DNA of 63,188 bases, the filler included, from Octopus bimaculoides (Eukaryota), in assembly GCF_001194135.2 (NCBI RefSeq). It is 7 parts of 6 records of this genome, joined end to end, with 100 filler letters (N's around TTAATTAATTAA, not from the genome) between each part and the next. Parts side by side here need not be neighbours in the genome. Positions count along the whole stretch, not along the records: positions 30,769 to 44,162 come from NC_068991.1; positions 44,263 to 50,981 come from NC_069010.1; 5 more parts are not named here. The stretch is one strand, 5' to 3'. Position numbers and translations under genes: made by a program. The notes under the pieces are model-generated. The model saw only the letters and a program-made list of their open reading frames with translations. It did no database searches and was not told where the DNA came from. Position 1 is the stretch's first letter. Every line of letters starts with the position of its first letter. Shown in pieces: positions 38,020 to 49,837 of this stretch.

Positions 38020-39010
38020 TGCCATCAGGTGTTGGCGGATTTCAGGAAGCATGGAAGTTTTGAAGGATGAGGAATCATGACAGCTAACGACTGATGCGGG
38101 TAGATTATACCATGCTTCAATAATTCTGAGCATGAAAAAAAATGTTTTCGAAAGTCATGGGTGCTCTATTGTTTTTTGATTTTGTGAGCATGTACACGAG
38201 TGTTTGACATATGGAATTCAAAAAGGTGTCAAAGGTTATTGTTGGAAAGATGGTGGATAACTTTGTGGGTGTCTACCAAGTCAATTGCCAAACGTCTGAG
38301 CTTCAACGTGTCCATACCCAGCGAAGCATGACGTTCAGAGTATGGTAGATACTTGACGGCAGGTATTCGTTTCGTTGTACGTTTCTGAACTGTTTCCAGG
38401 AGATTTATATGCTGAGCAAGACTGGTGATGAAAATTCTAAGTGTAGACATACCATTGTCATATACAATTTTAAATAGATAGCTGGAGATTACTGAGTGAT
38501 GCCAGGACACCCCCAGCCTTCTTGGCAATCTTAGAGGTGTGACTCGTCCAATGCAGAAAGCTGTTTACAATAATAACCAGATCACGTTCACTAGAAGACT
38601 TCTTGAGATTGGTATTGCTGAGGGTGTATGTAAAGGCTGGATTTTCCTCCCATAGAGCATGGTGAAGCACTTGTCCACAGCTATTTTGAGTTGCCAATCA
38701 GAGATCCATTGCCGCATTGTGTCCAGGTTGGATTGCAAGAAAGATCTATACGCGCATAGGATCTGTTCTTTTTATTTCGAGGTATAGCTTGATGTCATCT
38801 GCATATTTCAACACTGAAACATTCCTCAAGTTGGCATCTATGTCATTAATATATGCAACAAACAATAGGGGTTCAAGAATGGATCCCTGTGGTACACCAG
38901 GAGTCATCTCGTAGGATGAAGAATGATGTCCTAAAACCATAACTATCTCTTTCTGACCAAAAATGAGGGACTTCAGCCAGTTATAGAGATCATCTTTCAC
39001 ATCCATTGTT
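38020..39010 (-). mobile_element. CR1-clade LINE, 5'-truncated RT and C-terminus
   Basis: GVPQGSILEPLLFVAYINDI..LKYADDIKLY; ERDLVIIV; LLETVQKRTTKRIP..YSER..LGMDTLKLRRL..DL. Confidence 0.92.
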
Positions 39011-39381
39011 CGAACAGCTATTTTCCGGCATTGAAGATTTCTTTCATTTCTAAAACAGAATATATTTTTTGTATCCCGCGCAAAACAAATTTAAATTTCC
39101 TTTGAAAATTCGTGTTTTGTTTTTCGTATACAATTCTATCTTCCAGCATTTCTTGATAACACCAATTCACTTTTACTTTCTTAAACCGTTTGGCGGTTTC
39201 ACAATTCTTTTAATTTGATCGCCGTGCGACAAACAGCTTATTTCTCAGAATTTCTCTTTGAGTTGTTATTGTTGTTGATTGTGTGTGGGTGAGTGTATGT
39301 TACTTTTGTTGTTGCCGCTGTTCAATTATATATTGTATATTTTGTGATGTTGCTATTTTGTTGATAATATTTGTGTTGTTT

Positions 39382-39578
39382 AAGGCGGCGAGCTGGCAGA
39401 ATTGTTTGCACGCCGGCCGAAATGCTTAGCGGTACTTCATCTTGCCGTTACGTTCTAAGTTCAAATTCTGCCGAGGTCGACTTTGTCTTTCATCCTTTCG
39501 GGGTCAGTTAAACAAGCACCAGTTACGCACTGAGATCTATATAATCGACTTATTCCCTTTGTCTGTCCTTGTCCCCTC
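39382..39578 (+). mobile_element. tRNA-derived SINE with CORE-like domain (family E)
   Basis: AAGGCGGCGAGCTGGCAGAA head, GTTCAAATTC B box, GACTTTGTCTTTCATCCTTTCGGGGTC core. Confidence 0.85.
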
Positions 39579-40567
39579 TAGGAAAGACTTCCTTCCGTCC
39601 CCATTTCCTCCCAAAGTTTTTATATTTTTTCTTTTTGTCAAAAACCCCCGTTTTCGGATACGGAGATTCCGGAAAATTGCCAAAAGTCGGCGTTTTGAAA
39701 TTTCGCCCCCTTCTCTCCGCCATTTCTTCATTTTTGACTTATTTCCCTAACACTAACNNNNNNNNNNNNNNNNNNNNNNNNNNNNNNNNNNNNNNNNNNN
39801 NNNNNNNNNNNNNNNNNNNNNNNNNNNNNNNNNNNNNNNNNNNNNNNNNNNNNNNNNNNNNNNNNNNNNNNNNNNNNNNNNNNNNNNNNNNNNNNNNNNN
39901 NNNNNNNNNNNNNNNNNNNNNNNNNNNNNNNNNNNNNNNNNNNNNNNNNNNNNNNNNNNNNNNNNNNNNNNNNNNNNNNNNNNNNNNNNNNNNNNNNNNN
40001 NNNNNNNNNNNNNNNNNNNNNNNNNNNNNNNNNNNNNNNNNNNNNNNNNNNNNNNNNNNNNNNNNNNNNNNNNNNNNNNNNNNNNNNNNNNNNNNNNNNN
40101 NNNNNNNNNNNNNNNNNNNNNNNNNNNNNNNNNNNNNNNNNNNNNNNNNNNNNNNNNNNNNNNNNNNNNNNNNNNNNNNNNNNNNNNNNNNNNNNNNNNN
40201 NNNNNNNNNNNNNNNNNNNNNNNNNNNNNNNNNNNNNNNNNNNNNNNNNNNNNNNNNNNNNNNNNNNNNNNNNNNNNNNNNNNNNNNNNNNNNNNNNNNN
40301 NNNNNNNNNNNNNNNNNNNNNNNNNNNNNNNNNNNNNNNNNNNNNNNNNNNNNNNNNNNNNNNNNNNNNNNNNNNNNNNNNNNNNNNNNNNNNNNNNNNN
40401 NNNNNNNNNNNNNNNNNNNNNNNNNNNNNNNNNNNNNNNNNNNNNNNNNNNNNNNNNNNNNNNNNNNNNNNNNNNNNNNNNNNNNNNNNNNNNNNNNNNN
40501 NNNNNNNNNNNNNNNNNNNNNNNNNNNNNNNNNNNNNNNNNNNNNNNNNNNNNNNNNNNNNNNNNNN

Positions 40568-42099
40568 GTTTGGGTTAGAGCTTCTGATTGGGCCAATTCC
40601 TCTCGCCACTTCTTGAACACGATCATTGATGCACCTGGGAGAGACTTGTTGGATACTTCCAGGGTTGCCATAGCCATGCCAGAGTTGAATGTTCGAATGT
40701 TTTTCTTGAAATATGATGAAACTTCATCTTGACCGAATGTGAGGTTTCTCAATGTTTGTGGTGGCGCAGGAAAGTGGGGAAAATTTATCTTGCCTCCGTT
40801 GCAGCACATTTGACCAAAACAAAGTTCACTTCCACGTGACCTGCTTGCTTCACTTCTGAATCCCAATGCTGAACAAAATGCACAGACTTGCGTCATTTGC
40901 CCAAGAGAGTGCTCACGTGGAAGGTCAGAGGGTTGCAAATTGTCAATGTCAGTAACTTCAGCTGTTTCTTTTTGCAGTCTTGCAGCTCTTCTTGCTCTGC
41001 CTCTTTGTGCCTCAGCTGCACGTTGCTCTTCCGATGCATTCTCTCTTTTTGTCCTGCCTCACTGTAACTCGGCTGCACGTTGCTCTTCGTTTGCATTTTC
41101 TCTTCTTCCTCTGCTCCTCGGTCTCTCATTGTTAATTTGTTGTACTCGTCTTTGTTGCCTCCTCTGTCTTGCCCTTTGCCTTTCTGCTTCTCTCCTTCTC
41201 ATCATCCCAGCTGTGACTGGCAGCGTTTCCTGCTTACAGCAAGTGAACAGGTGTTTCCATGATTGCTGTTGCCTTTACTGATGTGCTGATTTTCCCTCCT
41301 TCTCTGCTTCTGTCAGTAAGAGGTTGAACACCTTTCTGACCAATTGACGGGCTGTCTGGTTTCTTTCTCAAGCTTTCAGAGAGCTCTGTCTTGTGGGTCT
41401 TCAGTCTGTTGTGAGCAAAATGTACGAAAGATAAAAAATAAAAATTCGATGAAAACAAAATGAAAATTCGATCAAGCCAAAGAAGTGAACACTGGTTGTA
41501 GCACCACGTCTATTTACTGTTACGCTAGCCGTACACCTTACCTGGTACCAGGTACGTGCTGCTAATCGTGTGTGTTCGCACGAGTAAGTCATACTTTATC
41601 TAATAGATGACTGTTATTATTAACCGGTGATAGTGTGCACTCTTAAAAAGCGAACACTGGGTGTTGTAAGTTGGTTATTCTTTAATGAATGGCTGTTAAA
41701 CACCGCTAAGCAAATCGAAATACTTGCTGGTAGGAGATGTTGAGTCGTGAAAATATGCAAAAATGGTACACGAATTCCAACGAACAAAACTGATAACACT
41801 TAAAAAGCGAACACTGGCTGTTTTACGATAATGGCTATTCTTATATGAATGGCTGTTAAACAGCGCTAAGCGAATCGAAATACTCAGGAGATGTTGAATC
41901 GTGAAAATACACTAAACAGGTTCACGAATTTCAAAGGACTGATAAAGTCTCCCAAAATATTTTTGATTACGACTCATGAATTTTAGTCTCTTATTCCGAT
42001 TCGAATTGTTGCACCTCCTCCACCCAAATCGTGCAATTCAGTCCCTTATACAGTTTCGGACGGTCGGTGGGATGGATAAATTTCCTATTATAATATAGA
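40568..42099 (-). mobile_element. Helitron 5' portion: TC terminus, subterminal repeats, RepHel N-terminal zinc-finger region
   Basis: A|TCTATATTATAATAGG at 42099; R/E/Q-rich coil then CAFCSALGF..E..CCNGGKINFP..PPQTLRNL..F.KNIRTFNS..AMA; truncated at the N gap. Confidence 0.88.
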
Positions 42100-43165
42100 T
42101 TATTATTATTATTATTATTTTCTCTTTATCACAGATTTTGTTGGAGCTTACTACCTGCAACCTACAGTACCATGCTATTCGTTCTTTTCAGCTATCTAAT
42201 ACTTTCCTGATTATTCTGGCCTTGTCAATGAGCCAAACCTTTTGTAACAGTTCTACTAGGCGCTCTATTCCAATTTCCTTTATATTCCTCTGATGCCTTC
42301 TCATACTGTTCTCAAGGACCCAACAATGATTGGCACCATCTTCACCTTCTTCATTCCATAGCCGGGCTATTTCGCACTTAAGAGGGTTGTATCAATTTAT
42401 CTTTTCGCCTTCCTTCTTGACTATTCGTGGGTCAAAGGGGCATGCAACGTCAACTGTATAGCATATGGGGTGCACCTTGTCCACCACCACTAGGTCCGGT
42501 CTGTTATGCTTTAATATCTGATCTGTTTGGATTGGGAAATTCCAGAGGATTTTGTTAGTCTCCTACTCTTCCACTCTCTGCGGTTCGTGCTTATTCCACG
42601 TCTTGCCTCTCTCTAGCCCCCACTTTTCGCAGTTTCCAATGTAGCACTTTCGCTACCTGGTCGTGTCGTCACAACTTGTAGTGGATTCGGGCAAGTCTAG
42701 TGCATTTGTTCGTGAAATGGACAATGGTTTCATTCACTCTATTGCAGATGCGGCACAACGGAGACACTTGCTCATTACTAAGGTTGACCCTCCAGTTCGT
42801 GGCCAAGGCCTGGTCCTGCGTTATCAGTATAGTGCTATCCGACTCTTTATTCAGGGTTCTTTTCATCAGCCAATCCCACTTATTTTTTCCTGCAGCTTCT
42901 GTTATGGCTACATGGAATTAATTGTATAGTCCCTTCGTGCGTAATTCTTCTTCATGTCCTTTTTCCTTTGTTTTCCCTTTTTTCTCTGCTCACAATACTC
43001 ATTCGTTCCTAACTGTCACTAGCAAGGTTTCCTTGCTTTGGGCTAGGTATCTCATTAAGCTCTCGAGTCTTCCACACTTATCAGTCCCCTTTCTCAAGTT
43101 GCTCTTGTAGCTTGACAAGAATTGAAGGTTTATGATACCTGTGGAGTATCTCCTTCTCCCATTAT
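42100..43165 (-). mobile_element. R4/Dong-like retrotransposon, 5'-truncated (family 2), (AAT)n tail
   Basis: GLISVED, QDQALATN, CRICNRVNETIVHFTNKC, RHDQVAKVLHW, KILWNFPIQTD..HNRPDLVVVDK..VDVACPFD, VPIIVGSL. Confidence 0.9.
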
Positions 43166-44162
43166 AATTATTTGTATAGCTTCAAGGAGCTGGAATGGGT
43201 CGCCGATTTGTGACGTCCGTGCAAAGCGAGGTGATGAGAATGGCTCCTTAGTACATAACACGGTTGATACAATAAATATAAATAGAACAATGCATATATG
43301 TGCCAGAGAGACACAACAGGGTAGAATGTTTAAGAGAAGATTTATTGATATGTTAGCATGTGTGATTGTGTGTGCGTCATACATACAGAATAATAGACAG
43401 GCCGTCATAAGAATAAGATGCATGCGTGTGTATGTAAGCATAAACGTATGCGTGTTCAGAATATATAAGGATGGCGATGAAGAAGAGACAGTGAAAGAGT
43501 CTGTAGCCATCGAAGTGAGAAGTAAGTTCATAGACACAAGAATTATAAATAACAGTTCGTAGTCAATTCTACACGATAGTTGAAATACCTTATCAAGAGG
43601 TTGCGTCGATGATGCAGAGCCGGTTGCAGTACATGTCGTATGTGAAGTTGTGGCTGTGATGCTGCTGCCTGAGTCACTTGGTACAGGAGTTCTCGCAGGT
43701 TGCACATTCGCTGTTGATCCATGGTGAAGTAGTTCACGAACAGTGCAGTGTTGGACCATGGCCTGTCAGTCGCGGTTTCTCTTACATATTGACATTTAGG
43801 AGAGTGGGCTATATATCATTAGATATACACCTAACTTTCCTATGTTAAATTAGAAGTGAACTGAACGCAGAAACTCCAAACTGATCAACAACGAACAAAT
43901 ATTTATTGTACGGTGGAAAATATAACAGCTTCCAATTGTCCGGTTTTAGAGTAGCCTGAAATGTAGATGTACGGTTCCTCGAGCTGGTGTCGTTGTAGAG
44001 ACAACTTGGTTCAACCACACTCAAATGGGAGAGCTTGCTTAGACGTCTTGCTTGGTCGCTGTCAGGCTTGGTAAGAGACCGAATAATAGCGGGAACGCTT
44101 CGATGTTGAAACCCACGCATGCGTGGTTAAGGATTCAGCAATGGCGTCGGCCTTTTGGCGCT

Positions 44163-44262
44163 NNNNNNNNNNNNNNNNNNNNNNNNNNNNNNNNNNNNNN
44201 NNNNNNTTAATTAATTAANNNNNNNNNNNNNNNNNNNNNNNNNNNNNNNNNNNNNNNNNNNN
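44163..44262. other. Artificial scaffold-joining spacer 4
   Basis: 44 N + TTAATTAATTAA + 44 N. Confidence 0.97.
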
Positions 44263-44418
44263 ATACACACATACACAAACACACAGTGGTGCTCCAGCAT
44301 GACTGCAGCTCCAAGGCTGAAATGAATAAAAGAATATGTGTGTGTGTGTATGCGTGTGTGCATGTGTATGTAGGCACATATATATGTGTTTGCGTGTATA
44401 TATATATACATAGGTACA

Positions 44419-44457
<39 letters not shown>

Positions 44458-44601
44458 TGTATATACATGTGTGTAAGTATATATGTCTATCTATACATGT
44501 ACATGCATAACTTTGTGTATATATGTATGTACATACATAGCTGCTTGTGTGTGTAAATGTATGTGTGTGTATCCATACATAAATGTATGTATGTTTGTAT
44601 A

Positions 44602-44635
<34 letters not shown>

Positions 44636-45170
44636 NNNNNNNNNNNNNNNNNNNNNNNNNNNNNNNNNNNNNNNNNNNNNNNNNNNNNNNNNNNNNNNNN
44701 NNNNNNNNNNNNNNNNNNNNNNNNNNNNNNNNNNNNNNNNNNNNNNNNNNNNNNNNNNNNNNNNNNNNNNNNNNNNNNNNNNNNNNNNNNNNNNNNNNNN
44801 NNNNNNNNNNNNNNNNNNNNNNNNNNNNNNNNNNNNNNNNNNNNNNNNNNNNNNNNNNNNNNNNNNNNNNNNNNNNNNNNNNNNNNNNNNNNNNNNNNNN
44901 NNNNNNNNNNNNNNNNNNNNNNNNNNNNNNNNNNNNNNNNNNNNNNNNNNNNNNNNNNNNNNNNNNNNNNNNNNNNNNNNNNNNNNNNNNNNNNNNNNNN
45001 NNNNNNNNNNNNNNNNNNNNNNNNNNNNNNNNNNNNNNNNNNNNNNNNNNNNNNNNNNNNNNNNNNNNNNNNNNNNNNNNNNNNNNNNNNNNNNNNNNNN
45101 NNNNGATGGGGGCTTGAACCTACTCCACATAATGAGCAACAGCAATTGGAAGTCGTCATCATAATCTTTG

Positions 45171-45201
<31 letters not shown>

Positions 45202-45374
45202 CGTCATCCTCCTTATCAGCGTTGATGTCATCATCATCATCATCATAATCGTCATCATCGTCATCATCGTCATCATCACAATCGTCATCACCGTTGTCAG
45301 TCATCATTGTCATCGTCATCCCCCTTCTCCTCCTCTTCCTCCTCCTCCACATCATCATAATTGTCATCTGATCA

Positions 45375-45588
45375 CTGGCAAAATTCTCACAGAACTTTGT
45401 CAGTGAACCGGTCGCGGTCTCAAAGCAATGAAAATATTTTGGCAAATTAAATTTAAATGTTGAAGTGAATCTAACGGATTTTGTGTGTTTCTTAAATGGC
45501 TAATAAATACCTTCCACGCTGCAATTGTTTTCGTTCCAGCACACGATCTCAGATCAGGTCACTTTCTATGCAAGTACATCTCCGTAAA
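45375..45588. mobile_element. Probable non-autonomous Tc1/mariner-type transposon terminal fragment
   Basis: Non-coding segment ending ...TGCAAGTACATCTCCG|TA; resembles a recalled repeat family, second TIR not seen. Confidence 0.35.
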
Positions 45589-45810
45589 TATATACAAATT
45601 ATAGAAATCATTTTTTAAAAATATACAGGACAGTACTGTTTCTACTTTGCAGATTTTCACCTATTGCAGGTGGTTTTGGAATGTAACACCTACGATAGTC
45701 AATGGATTAGTCTGTGTTCTGTAAAGAGGATTGATTCTAATCCAGTCTGGGACCATGTATACATCCAGGAATAGTGTAGATATATAAATATTGTGTGCAT
45801 GTGTGTATAT

Positions 45811-45990
45811 TTTTTTATTTTTATTTTACTCTACTTGTTTCAGTTTCCGTCTACCAAATCCACTCACAAGGCTTTGGTCGGCCCGAGGCTATAGTAGAAG
45901 ACACTTGCCCAAGGTGCCACGCAGTGGGAATGAACCCGGAACCATGTGGTTGATAAGCAAGCTACTTACCACACAGCCACTCCTGCGCCT
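45811..45990 (-). mobile_element. SINE family A, short internally deleted form with intact head and tail
   Basis: AGGCGCAGGAGTGGCTGTGTGGTAAG head, GGGTTCATTCCC B box, body joined directly at AACTGAAA to the CAAGTAGAGTAAAA tail. Confidence 0.9.
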
Positions 45991-46429
45991 ATATATATAT
46001 ATATATATACACATANNNNNNNNNNNNNNNNNNNNNNNNNNNNNNNNNNNNNNNNNNNNNNNNNNNNNNNNNNNNNNNNNNNNNNNNNNNNNNNNNNNNN
46101 NNNNNNNNNNNNNNNNNNNNNNNNNNNNNNNNNNNNNNNNNNNNNNNNNNNNNNNNNNNNNNNNNNNNNNNNNNNNNNNNNNNNNNNNNNNNNNNNNNNN
46201 NNNNNNNNNNNNNNNNNNNNNNNNNNNNNNNNNNNNNNNNNNNNNNNNNNNNNNNNNNNNNNNNNNNNNNNNNNNNNNNNNNNNNNNNNNNNNNNNNNNN
46301 NNNNNNNNNNNNNNNNNNNNNNNNNNNNNNNNNNNNNNNNNNNNNNNNNNNNNNNNNNNNNNNNNNNNNNNNNNNNNNNNNNNNNGTGAGTAGCAGCAGC
46401 AGCAGAAGCAGCAGCAGAAGAAACGAGCT

Positions 46430-46880
46430 CTTCTTACTCACCACTACCACTACTACTACAACCAACACCACAACCACTGCCATTACTACCAACAGCACTA
46501 CCACTAACACCACTACAGCTACCACCACAACCGCCTGTGCAACTGCTATTACTACAACCACCACCACCACTACAACCACCTGTACAACTGCTACTACCAC
46601 CACCACCACAACCACCTGTACAACTACTATTACTACAACCACCACCACTACAAGCACCTGTACAACTACTACTACCACCACCACAACCACCTGTACAACT
46701 ACTACTACACCACAACCACCTGTACATCTACTACTACTACTACTACACCACAACCACCTGTACAACTACTACTACTAGTAACACCTCCACAACCACCTGT
46801 ACAATTACTACTACTACCACCTCCACAACCACCTGTACAACTACTACTACTTCTACTACTACTACACCACAACCACTTGC
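46430..46880 (+). repeat. Minisatellite (CCACAACCACCTGTACAA plus variable CTA/CCA triplets)n
   Basis: About ten recurrences of CACAACCACCTGTACA separated by trinucleotide runs. Confidence 0.9.
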
Positions 46881-46881
46881 A

Positions 46882-48045
46882 GTCATCTTCCAATGACTGG
46901 TTGTGCTATTCAGAGGCCCGCTGTAAAAAAAAATTGGGGTTGACAGCTGTAAGCAGTGATGTAAATAAATACAAACTTGTTACCATTTCGAATATGCTTG
47001 AAGCATACTTGAAACAGTAAGAAAGACATTCAATGTATTCTCTAATGGAAAAAATTTCTCACTGTAAGCAAATATATGTAAATACACCAAGTCAGTTCAC
47101 AGTGCCCCCACCTAACCAGCCTGGACAGATGGATGAATGTATTTCAAGGTGATTATCTCCTCTTCAGCAACAGACACTGGAAAAAGAAGACATTATGAAC
47201 TGACACAAGAGAACACAAGAGAGAGGGGCTTTTTATGATATTCACATCATCGTTCAGTGACTGCTTGTGCTATTCAGCAGCCCGTCGTAAATTGGATAGA
47301 GGGCGACAGCGCTAAGCAGTGATACGTATGTTGTTGTTGGCACTCCGTCGCTTACGACGTCGAGGGTTCCAGTTGATCCGATGAACGGAACAGCCTGCTG
47401 CTCGTGAAATTAACGTGCAAGTGGTTGAGCACTCCACAGACACGTGTACCCTTAACGTAGTTCTCGGAGGATATTCAGCATGACACAGTGTGTGACAAGG
47501 CTGACCCGTTGAATTACAGGCACAAACAGAAACAGGAAGTAAGAGTGAGAGAAATTTGTGGGGTGGAAGAGTACAGCAGGGTTCGCCACCATCCCCTGCC
47601 GGAGCCTCGTGGAGCTGTTAGGTGTTTTCACTCAATAAACACTCACAATGCCCGGACTGGGAATCGAAACCGCGATCCTATGACCGCGAGTCCGCTGCCC
47701 TAACCACTGGGCCATTGCACCTCCACTAGTGATCAGTATAAATACAAACTTGTCACCATTTCATGTATGCTTGAGGGATATTTGAACTCCAAGGAAAGAC
47801 ATTCAGGGTACTTTGACATAGAGATAATTTCTCGCTGTACACTAATAAATGTTAAACCACAATGAGTCAGCTCAGATGTTCCCCAACCAGACTGCTGAAT
47901 GCATGCATTTCCAAGTGTTTATCTCCTCTTCAGCAGCAGGGAGTGGGAAAGCAGATTCTACCAACTAACACAAGAGACAGGTCCCTCTCACAATATTTCT
48001 GTCATCATTCAATGACAGATGATATTATTCAGAGGCTCACAGTAT
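46882..48045 (+). repeat. Diverged ~345-365-bp tandem repeat (two units plus the start of a third), second unit interrupted by a SINE
   Basis: Units start at 46882, 47246 and 48001 (GTCATC.TTC.ATGAC); shared AAATACAAACTTGT.ACCATTTC, GAAAGACATTCA and TTATCTCCTCTTCAGCA. Confidence 0.85.
47324..47727 (-). mobile_element. tRNA-derived SINE, family B variant, full length with 6-bp TSD
   Basis: TSD AGTGAT at 47318-47323 and 47728-47733; the site is single in repeat unit 1; head AGTGGTTAGGGCAG..GGTTTCGATTCCC; (AAC)n tail. Confidence 0.9.
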
Positions 48046-48114
48046 GATCGATATATCATCATCATCATCATCATCATCATTTAATGTCCATTTTACATGC
48101 TGACGTAAGTCAGA

Positions 48115-48211
48115 AAAATGTCTGTGTGGTAAGAAGCTTGCTTCCCAAACACATGGTCCCAAGTTCAGTCCCACTGCTTGGCACCTTGGCCAAGTACATT
48201 CCACTATAGCT
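48115..48211 (+). mobile_element. SINE family A head fragment directly upstream of the satellite
   Basis: CTGTGTGGTAAGAAGCTTGCTTCCC..GTTCAGTCCCACTG..GGCACCTTGG. Confidence 0.8.
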
Positions 48212-49269
48212 ATTGGCTCATACCTCCATAAGACAGTTGAGTGTAATCTGAGAGAGATTTGGTTGCTATTTCTAACAAGTATAGTTACTACATTGAGGTC
48301 TCCCTCATTGGCTCATACATACATATATACATACATAAGACAGTAGAGTGTAATTTGAGGGAAATTTGGTTGCTATTTCTAACAGGTATAGTTACTACAT
48401 TGAGGTCTCCCTCATTGGCTCATACATACATATATACATAAGACAGTAGAGTGTAATTTGAGGGAGATTTGGTTGCTATTTCCACCAGGCCTAGCTACTA
48501 CATAGGTCTCTCCGAGTGGCTCATATATACATACATTCATACAGACACACACACATATATATATATATACATACATAAGACAGTAGGGTGTGATTTGAGA
48601 TAGATTTAGCTGATATTTCTACTAGGGAGACTTCTACATGGTAGCAGTCTCCCTCTTTAGCTCATACATACATAAGACAGTAGGGTGTGATTTAAGGGAC
48701 ATTTGGCTGCCATTTCTACCAGGTATAGTTACCATATAGAGGTCTGCCTGGCTGGCTCATACATACATACACACATACATATGTATACAAGAGAGTAGGG
48801 TGTAATTTGAAGGAGATTTGGCTGCTATTCCTACTAGGTCTAGCTACCATGTAGAAGTCTCCCTGATAGACTCACACATATATACATACATAAGATAGTA
48901 GGTGTGATTTGAGGGACATTTGGCTGCTATTTCTACCAGGTCTAGCTACCATGTAGAGGTCTCCCTCACTGGCTCATACATACATAAGACGGAAGGGTGT
49001 GATTTGAGGGAGATTTGGCTGTTATTTCTACCATATCTAGCTACCATGTAGAGGTCTCCCTCAGTGGCTCATACATACATAAGATAGTAGGGCGTGATTT
49101 GAGGGAGATTTGGCTGCTATTTCAACCAGGTCTAGCTACCATGTAGAGGTCTCCCTCATTGGCTCATACATACATAAGACGGAAGGGTGTGATTTGAGGG
49201 AGATTTGGCTGTTATTTCTACCATATCTAGGTACCATGTAGAGGTCTCCCTCATTGGTTCATACATACA
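48212..49269 (+). repeat. ~95-bp satellite, ten visible units with variable (TACA)n spacers, running into an N gap
   Basis: Unit CATAAGA.AGTAGGGTGTGATTTGAGGGAGATTTGGCTGCTATTTCTACCAGGTCTAGCTACCATGTAGAGGTCTCCCTCATTGGCT. Confidence 0.93.
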
Positions 49270-49837
49270 NNNNNNNNNNNNNNNNNNNNNNNNNNNNNNN
49301 NNNNNNNNNNNNNNNNNNNNNNNNNNNNNNNNNNNNNNNNNNNNNNNNNNNNNNNNNNNNNNNNNNNNNNNNNNNNNNNNNNNNNNNNNNNNNNNNNNNN
49401 NNNNNNNNNNNNNNNNNNNNNNNNNNNNNNNNNNNNNNNNNNNNNNNNNNNNNNNNNNNNNNNNNNNNNNNNNNNNNNNNNNNNNNNNNNNNNNNNNNNN
49501 NNNNNNNNNNNNNNNNNNNNNNNNNNNNNNNNNNNNNNNNNNNNNNNNNNNNNNNNNNNNNNNNNNNNNNNNNNNNNNNNNNNNNNNNNNNNNNNNNNNN
49601 NNNNNNNNNNNNNNNNNNNNNNNNNNNNNNNNNNNNNNNNNNNNNNNNNNNNNNNNNNNNNNNNNNNNNNNNNNNNNNNNNNNNNNNNNNNNNNNNNNNN
49701 NNNNNNNNNNNNNNNNNNNNNNNNNNNNNNNNNNNNNNNNNNNNNNNNNNNNNNNNNNNNNNNNNNNNNNNNNNNNNNNNNNNNNNNNNNNNNNNNNNNN
49801 NNNNNNNNNNNNNNNNNNNNNNNNNNNNNNNNNNNNG

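Noticed and set aside
48212-49269. CRISPR-like array
   Set aside because: There are no unique spacers (only TACA runs), the units are ~95 bp, there are no cas genes, and the context is eukaryotic
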